From a virus (lineage: Duplodnaviria; Caudoviricetes): a DNA stretch of 61,784 nucleotides. Of the stretch, positions 57,374-61,784 are shown one piece after another (position 1 is the stretch's first letter; each line of letters starts with the position of its first letter). Below the pieces are notes generated by a model. That model saw nothing but the letters and a program-made list of their open reading frames with translations, ran no database searches and was not told the origin of the DNA. Location of the stretch: the IMG/VR virus record IMGVR_UViG_3300029448_000029, positions 1 through 61,784 of that record; one strand, written 5' to 3'. A program made the translations under genes and the position numbers.

Positions 57374-58712
57374 AATAATCTCCGGTATGGGCAAGAAGGG
57401 TAAACGAGCGAAGAAACGCAACGTTAAACCTTTGTTGCTGTCTAGCGTTTTGTTTAACCCACCGAAATTAAATAGTTTACCTGAACAGCAAAAGCAAATT
57501 GATATACCAGATGAAAGTGCTAAATCCGTTTCAGATGAGTTGAAAGGATTTAAGAAGATCATTGAAAAAATGGTCAAGAATATCATATCAAATACAAACA
57601 ATACAACGACTCAAAACAAAACCTCAGTTGAAAATGTAAGTTCCATTCAAAATGTCTTTAACGCAAACAGCACTACAAACAAACGCTCTGGAAAAAATAT
57701 CTCTAATGTGAGAAATATAACATCCTCCAATAATGATGTTTCCTCTGTGAAAAACTTTTCATCAATGAGCAACGGTGTTTCAGCAACAAAAAATGTGTCG
57801 CTTTCAAATAAAAATATCTTAGTCACCACACGCAAGTCTGGTTTGACAAAAATAGAAAACGAAAATAACAAAAGTGAAAATAATGTAAAACTTCTTCAAA
57901 ACGGAGACTTAACTAACGTATTGAACGAGAGCGTTGTCAGAAATATTTCTAACACCAACACAATAACAAACAGAAAGTATGCTCGTCCGATTCAGGCAAA
58001 AGCAAAAGGTGGCTGGATATCTGGTCCACTGAAGGGATATCCTGTTTCACTTGACGGTGAAAAAATTGATTTCATAGGACACGGAACAGAGTTTGTCGCA
58101 AGAAAACCCTCTGGTTCGTTTGTGATTCCAGTGGACACACCTGAAACAAGAAAAGATCCCAGTCTTATGGAAAGAAGGGTTAAGGAAGCGAAGCGTGCTG
58201 GTTTTGATTCATTGGGGTTAAATAAAAAAATTAGTTTACCAAAAATGAAACCCACCAAAATATCTGCAAAAGAACTTCCTCGCTTACAAAATTTACAACA
58301 AAAAGCAGTGGGTGGATTTTTGTCGGGTATCGCAGATAGTGTTGGTGGAATGGTTGAATCCAGTCCGATTGGTATGTTGGCAGGACAGGCAAGCGGATTA
58401 CTCGAAAAAGTTACTGGTGTTAATCCAATCGAAAATATTAAAAGCGTAATCAACCCAACTGAAACGAGAGATTCTAGAATAGAACAACAGATGATAGAAA
58501 ATAATATGGTAAAAACTGAAACAGAAAAGATATTAGATGAGAGAAGAGAATCAAATAACAATCAACCTATCCCGTTACCAATACCAATGAACACCGGAGG
58601 TGGTGGACAAAAATCGAGCAGCCCAATGATTGCCGCTGGTGGAGAGAGTAATTTCTCTAGGGTGGCAAAGGAACAAACAATGTTCCCTGCTTGGAGAAGA
58701 AATATGGGATAA
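57348..58712 (+). CDS. Putative baseplate hub / tail length determinator (gp29-like)
   Basis: Position after gp26-gp51; Asn/Ser-rich low-complexity region; GGWISGPLKGYPVSL..FIGHGTEFV motif; amphipathic Gly-rich segment and Pro-rich tail. Confidence 0.5.
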   Translation: MQEDQAFHKIISGMGKKGKRAKKRNVKPLLLSSVLFNPPKLNSLPEQQKQIDIPDESAKSVSDELKGFKKIIEKMVKNIISNTNNTTTQNKTSVENVSSIQNVFNANSTTNKRSGKNISNVRNITSSNNDVSSVKNFSSMSNGVSATKNVSLSNKNILVTTRKSGLTKIENENNKSENNVKLLQNGDLTNVLNESVVRNISNTNTITNRKYARPIQAKAKGGWISGPLKGYPVSLDGEKIDFIGHGTEFVARKPSGSFVIPVDTPETRKDPSLMERRVKEAKRAGFDSLGLNKKISLPKMKPTKISAKELPRLQNLQQKAVGGFLSGIADSVGGMVESSPIGMLAGQASGLLEKVTGVNPIENIKSVINPTETRDSRIEQQMIENNMVKTETEKILDERRESNNNQPIPLPIPMNTGGGGQKSSSPMIAAGGESNFSRVAKEQTMFPAWRRNMG

Positions 58713-58740
58713 AAAAAGCCCCGCCGAAGCGGGGCTTTTT
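58711..58740. terminator. Bidirectional Rho-independent terminator between convergent gp29-like and gp32 genes
   Basis: AAAAAAAGCCCCGC-CGAA-GCGGGGCTTTTT; C(UUCG)G loop on the minus strand. Confidence 0.93.
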
Positions 58741-58757
58741 ACTAACTAAGTTTTCAC

Positions 58758-59639
58758 TTAGTCTTCGTTACCCAACTGCTGGAAATATGACAAAGCGTCA
58801 GTCTCCTCACCCTCTGTCTCTCCGCTGTCTGAGGATACTGTCTCCTCCACTACAACATCCTCCACAGTCTTTTGACTCACGAAGTCAGATTCCGTTGCAC
58901 GAATATCGTCACCGACAACCTCTTGCAACTTCTTCTTCAATTCATCGTAAGTCTTGAACTGATCTGGAGCAACGAACGCTTGAAGAGAGTGCTGTGTTTT
59001 CCACAACTCTTCAAGTTTACTATCTTCACCACCGAGCAACTCGGAAGGTGATTCAAACTCAGACTTGTCATAGTTGATGTAACCACCAACCTTACGAACC
59101 TTCAACTTGAAGTTCGCACCAGCCCAGTAATCAAATGGGTTGATAGGATCTTCGTCATCAAACTCAGGCTGCATTGCTTCCTGAATCTTGTTGAAGATTT
59201 TCACACCATACTTGTAGAGGAACACTTTGCCCTCGTTCTCAGGTGCGCCAGGATCCTTTAGAACAAGGATGTTTGAGATGTAAGACAACTTACGCTTACG
59301 ATCCCTAGCGATGTCCTTGTCGGATTCAAGACCGCTGTTCCAGAGTTCTGAGTTCATCTCTGAAACTGGATCCTTTTCACCAATCGTGGTGCGAGAGTTT
59401 TCGATATACCAACGACCACCAACCTTGAACGCATGGGTGTAAAGTTTAGCCCAAGGCATATCTTCATTTTCCGGTGCTGGGAGGAACCGAAAAACAGCCA
59501 TGCCGTTGCTTGCTTTGTCAAGTGTTGGTTTCCAGAAGCGATCATCCTGATAAGAATTTTTCTTTTCAGAACTCTCTAATTTCTTTGTCAGTTCGCTGAT
59601 GCTACCGACAGATTTTCTTTTCATGTCTTTAAAACTCAT
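58758..59639 (-). CDS. gp32: Single-stranded DNA-binding protein
   Basis: DDRFWKP.LDK..NG.AV.RFLPAP, WYIENS.TT.G..DPV, RKRKLSY.SNI, YGVKIF.KI, NPFD.W.GANFKLK, NYDKSEF, acidic tail. Confidence 0.97.
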   Translation of the reverse strand: MSFKDMKRKSVGSISELTKKLESSEKKNSYQDDRFWKPTLDKASNGMAVFRFLPAPENEDMPWAKLYTHAFKVGGRWYIENSRTTIGEKDPVSEMNSELWNSGLESDKDIARDRKRKLSYISNILVLKDPGAPENEGKVFLYKYGVKIFNKIQEAMQPEFDDEDPINPFDYWAGANFKLKVRKVGGYINYDKSEFESPSELLGGEDSKLEELWKTQHSLQAFVAPDQFKTYDELKKKLQEVVGDDIRATESDFVSQKTVEDVVVEETVSSDSGETEGEETDALSYFQQLGNED

Positions 59640-59652
59640 AAACTTTCCTTCC

Positions 59653-59695
59653 CCGAGGATCTCCCTCGGACTGATACTTTGTGGGAACTCCCCAC
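59653..59695 (-). promoter_or_regulatory. Tandem hairpins with GAGWU pentaloops in the gp32 leader
   Basis: Minus strand GTGGG-GAGTT-CCCAC and CCGAGG-GAGAT-CCTCGG immediately before SD AAGGA. Confidence 0.6.
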
Positions 59696-59696
59696 T

Positions 59697-59930
59697 TCAA
59701 AATAATGACGTTTGTCCTTTTGGGACATTAATATTATAGTTTAGCGTTGCTGCTTCTATTTGCAACTTTTCTTTTATTGGTTTTGAAACTAATTTACCTG
59801 CAACCTCCGGAGACACACTCATTTCTTCGGATATACATATAACAGCGTCTAAGTAAGTCCCTCCATTTTGGAGAACATACTTTTCTACACGTTTTGAGAA
59901 TTTTTCTTGTTCGCTTTCGATAAATATCAT
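59697..59930 (-). CDS. gp33: Late transcription co-activator
   Basis: F...VEK.V.....TYLDAV..I.EE....PE..GKL.SKPIKEKL..EA..LNY; start likely ATG 59930 just after a sigma70 promoter. Confidence 0.88.
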   Translation of the reverse strand: MIFIESEQEKFSKRVEKYVLQNGGTYLDAVICISEEMSVSPEVAGKLVSKPIKEKLQIEAATLNYNINVPKGQTSLF

Positions 59931-59937
59931 TTGAATG

Positions 59938-59966
59938 ATTATAGCCCTTCTTTGAGAAAAAGTCAA
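59938..59966 (-). promoter_or_regulatory. Sigma70-type early promoter TTGACT-N17-TATAAT for gp33-gp32
   Basis: -35 at 59966-59961, 17-nt spacer, perfect -10 at 59943-59938. Confidence 0.85.
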
Positions 59967-59991
59967 TACCTTCTATTTATTGGAGTTTTAA

Positions 59992-61290
59992 ATGCCAGAC
60001 ACCGGATCAAACATAACCATCGACATTAGTGGAAACACCGCTGAGATGGCAACAGATTTTGCCTCTAGTGGTGTAAATGTCACCGGGGCACACGTTCCAA
60101 TCCAAAAACTCGCTTTTGGAGACTCTACTGTATCAAAAAGAGTAAGCAGTAGCAACCCCTTACCCATAACAATTCAAAGTTATCAATCTAACGTTGGTAT
60201 CTCTGGTGATGTTGGTATCTCAGGAAACGCTATAGTATTCAACGCTTTTGAGACAGATCCCACGGGTATCACAAACAACTGGTTGAAAGTTGCTGGATCT
60301 GTTACGGGTGGTGACATTGGAATCACTGGTACAATTCAAGGTATCGCTGGTGGTTATCCAATTGGTGTGACAGGGACCGTCGCTATCGACGAACAAACAG
60401 GTATTCCTGTCCACGGTATCAGCGGTCAGGACGGCTTCACAGGAACCGCTGCTCCGCTCCTCGCAACAGGTGGCAGACGGCTCACATCCGCAACAGACAC
60501 CGTTACCGTGACTGGTACGGTTAATGCAACGGGTGGTAGAAATATCCTCGCTGCGACTGACAGTATCAAAGTCTTTGGTTCTGACGCTTCTCAATATATT
60601 CCTGCCATTTTATATCGAAGTTCATCCGGAGCAACCGCTGGATTCTCTGGTGACGCTCTGAAAGTTTCTATTGTTGACGCAAGCATCGCAATCACAGCAA
60701 ACGTTCAAACAACTCATGGTGTCACAAATGACAGTGTGGATAATGCTCTGAGAATTCAGGGACTCACTGGTGCAGAACCCGTCTTGATTAAGGGTGAAAA
60801 CGGTGGTGCCGTTCCGATTACGACATCTAGTGCCATTACCGTAACGCAAAGTGGAACCGTAACAATTGACGATACAAACATCACGACATCATTGGAATCA
60901 TCGTCTAAACCAATCGTTTCCAATCTTACCTCGATCAAGAGTAACACCAATTCCATTCCGGGGATTAGAACTGATCTTGCCTCTGGCAACGTTCAAGTTA
61001 AAGTTCTCGAATCAGTGCAACCATCCTCCTTGTCAGCAGGAAGTAGATCGGTAAACACAACAGCATCTCAACTTGTCACGAATGTTGAAGTGAAGAGTGG
61101 AGTTTCGATTAAATCTAGTGTTGATAACACAGACACGATCTTAGTCGGAAGTTACACGTTAACACAAGGTGATAGAAACGGATATCCGTTAGAGCCGGGT
61201 GAGTCGTGTTTCTTAAACGTCAACAACGTTGGATTGGTTTATTGTAAGTCGGTTCGGGGATCACAAACGGTTCACTACTTAGGATCGTAA
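59992..61290 (+). CDS. Hypothetical virion protein, Gly/Thr/Val-rich beta-repeat
   Basis: Repeated V.G.V.I / GITG / GVTG segments, C-terminal GYPLEPGES beta-domain; SD GGAG. Confidence 0.6.
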   Translation: MPDTGSNITIDISGNTAEMATDFASSGVNVTGAHVPIQKLAFGDSTVSKRVSSSNPLPITIQSYQSNVGISGDVGISGNAIVFNAFETDPTGITNNWLKVAGSVTGGDIGITGTIQGIAGGYPIGVTGTVAIDEQTGIPVHGISGQDGFTGTAAPLLATGGRRLTSATDTVTVTGTVNATGGRNILAATDSIKVFGSDASQYIPAILYRSSSGATAGFSGDALKVSIVDASIAITANVQTTHGVTNDSVDNALRIQGLTGAEPVLIKGENGGAVPITTSSAITVTQSGTVTIDDTNITTSLESSSKPIVSNLTSIKSNTNSIPGIRTDLASGNVQVKVLESVQPSSLSAGSRSVNTTASQLVTNVEVKSGVSIKSSVDNTDTILVGSYTLTQGDRNGYPLEPGESCFLNVNNVGLVYCKSVRGSQTVHYLGS

Positions 61291-61291
61291 C

Positions 61292-61784
61292 ATGAATAAT
61301 AATCGACGTTACAATCGAAAGAGGATGGGCCAAAAACTGGACCATCAATCAACTCAGTCCTTTTTAGCGTTACAATTCACTGACAGTTTAGATGACTTAT
61401 ACACCAGTGAATATGTGGAATCAAATCCATCGGTTATTATTTCTGGAACGGATTTTATTTTTGATTACTCGTCAAAAACAAACAAAGACAAGTATCAAGA
61501 TGTTGTAACTCTACTTAAATTAAAAAAATCTGGTATAACGTTTGATATATCAAATGCAGAGTATTATAATCCAGAGAATAATATCTCTGCTGATTTTTCT
61601 GGAACTTACACACTGTCAAGATTTCTCGGTGACGACAAAATTATTTTGTCAAATGTAAGTGGTGCAACGTGGGACTCTAAGCAAAAACTATACAAAGATA
61701 ATTATTTTAAAAGCAATGTCTTAATGGGATTAACTCTCCCCACTGGAGCAACAGGACATTATAGAGTAACGAATCAGTTGGGTT
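61292..61784 (+). CDS. Partial hypothetical protein running off the window edge
   Basis: ATG at 61292 right after the upstream stop; hand translation open to the end (MNNNRRYNRKRMGQ...GLTLPTGATGHYRVTNQLG). Confidence 0.65.
   Translation, partial: MNNNRRYNRKRMGQKLDHQSTQSFLALQFTDSLDDLYTSEYVESNPSVIISGTDFIFDYSSKTNKDKYQDVVTLLKLKKSGITFDISNAEYYNPENNISADFSGTYTLSRFLGDDKIILSNVSGATWDSKQKLYKDNYFKSNVLMGLTLPTGATGHYRVTNQLG

Noticed and set aside
59639-59697. Absence of gp59 between gp32 and gp33, and of gp24, wac and gp2 in the window
   Set aside because: These genes are often relocated or missing in aquatic T4-like phages; cannot be judged from a partial genome.
1-61784. tRNA/rRNA genes or alternative genetic code
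   Set aside because: Intergenic gaps are too short and show no cloverleaf; core genes translate full length with the standard code and TAA/TGA/TAG behave as stops.

Overview
This 61.8 kb window is the replication/recombination and virion-morphogenesis core of a large T4-like myophage (Tevenvirinae-like core, probably an uncultured aquatic lineage). Minus strand, read right to left: gp48-gp53-giant gp27-like hub-gp25-gp6-gp7-gp8, two DUF4815-like proteins, two collar/fibre proteins, four large Cys-rich fibre/adhesin proteins (three collagen-like, three with DUF1566-like lectin-fold domains), a small Cys-rich protein, then gp13-14-15-16-17-18-19-20, two core proteins, gp21-22-23-3, uvsY-uvsW, an Sm-like protein, gp55, a glycosyltransferase, gp47-46, a PLP enzyme and a partial probable methyltransferase-like gene. 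Plus strand: gp4, gp54-like, gp26, gp51, gp29-like. At the right end are gp32 and gp33 (minus) and two further virion-type genes (plus). T4 late promoters (TATAAATA), sigma70 promoters and C(UUCG)G terminators are visible. Most notable: (i) a probable -1 frameshift fusing gp26 to gp51, like lambda G/GT; (ii) a tail built from disulfide/metal-type Cys modules that also invade conserved baseplate proteins, with a candidate Cys-rich chaperone; (iii) a 1848-aa hub with no gp5 at the usual position; (iv) G-x-T-G motifs throughout virion proteins together with a phage glycosyltransferase, suggesting virion glycosylation; (v) late promoters sitting in loops of hairpins that occlude start sites, and twin GAGWU hairpins before gp32. 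All family assignments are from motif recognition and synteny; no database searches were run.
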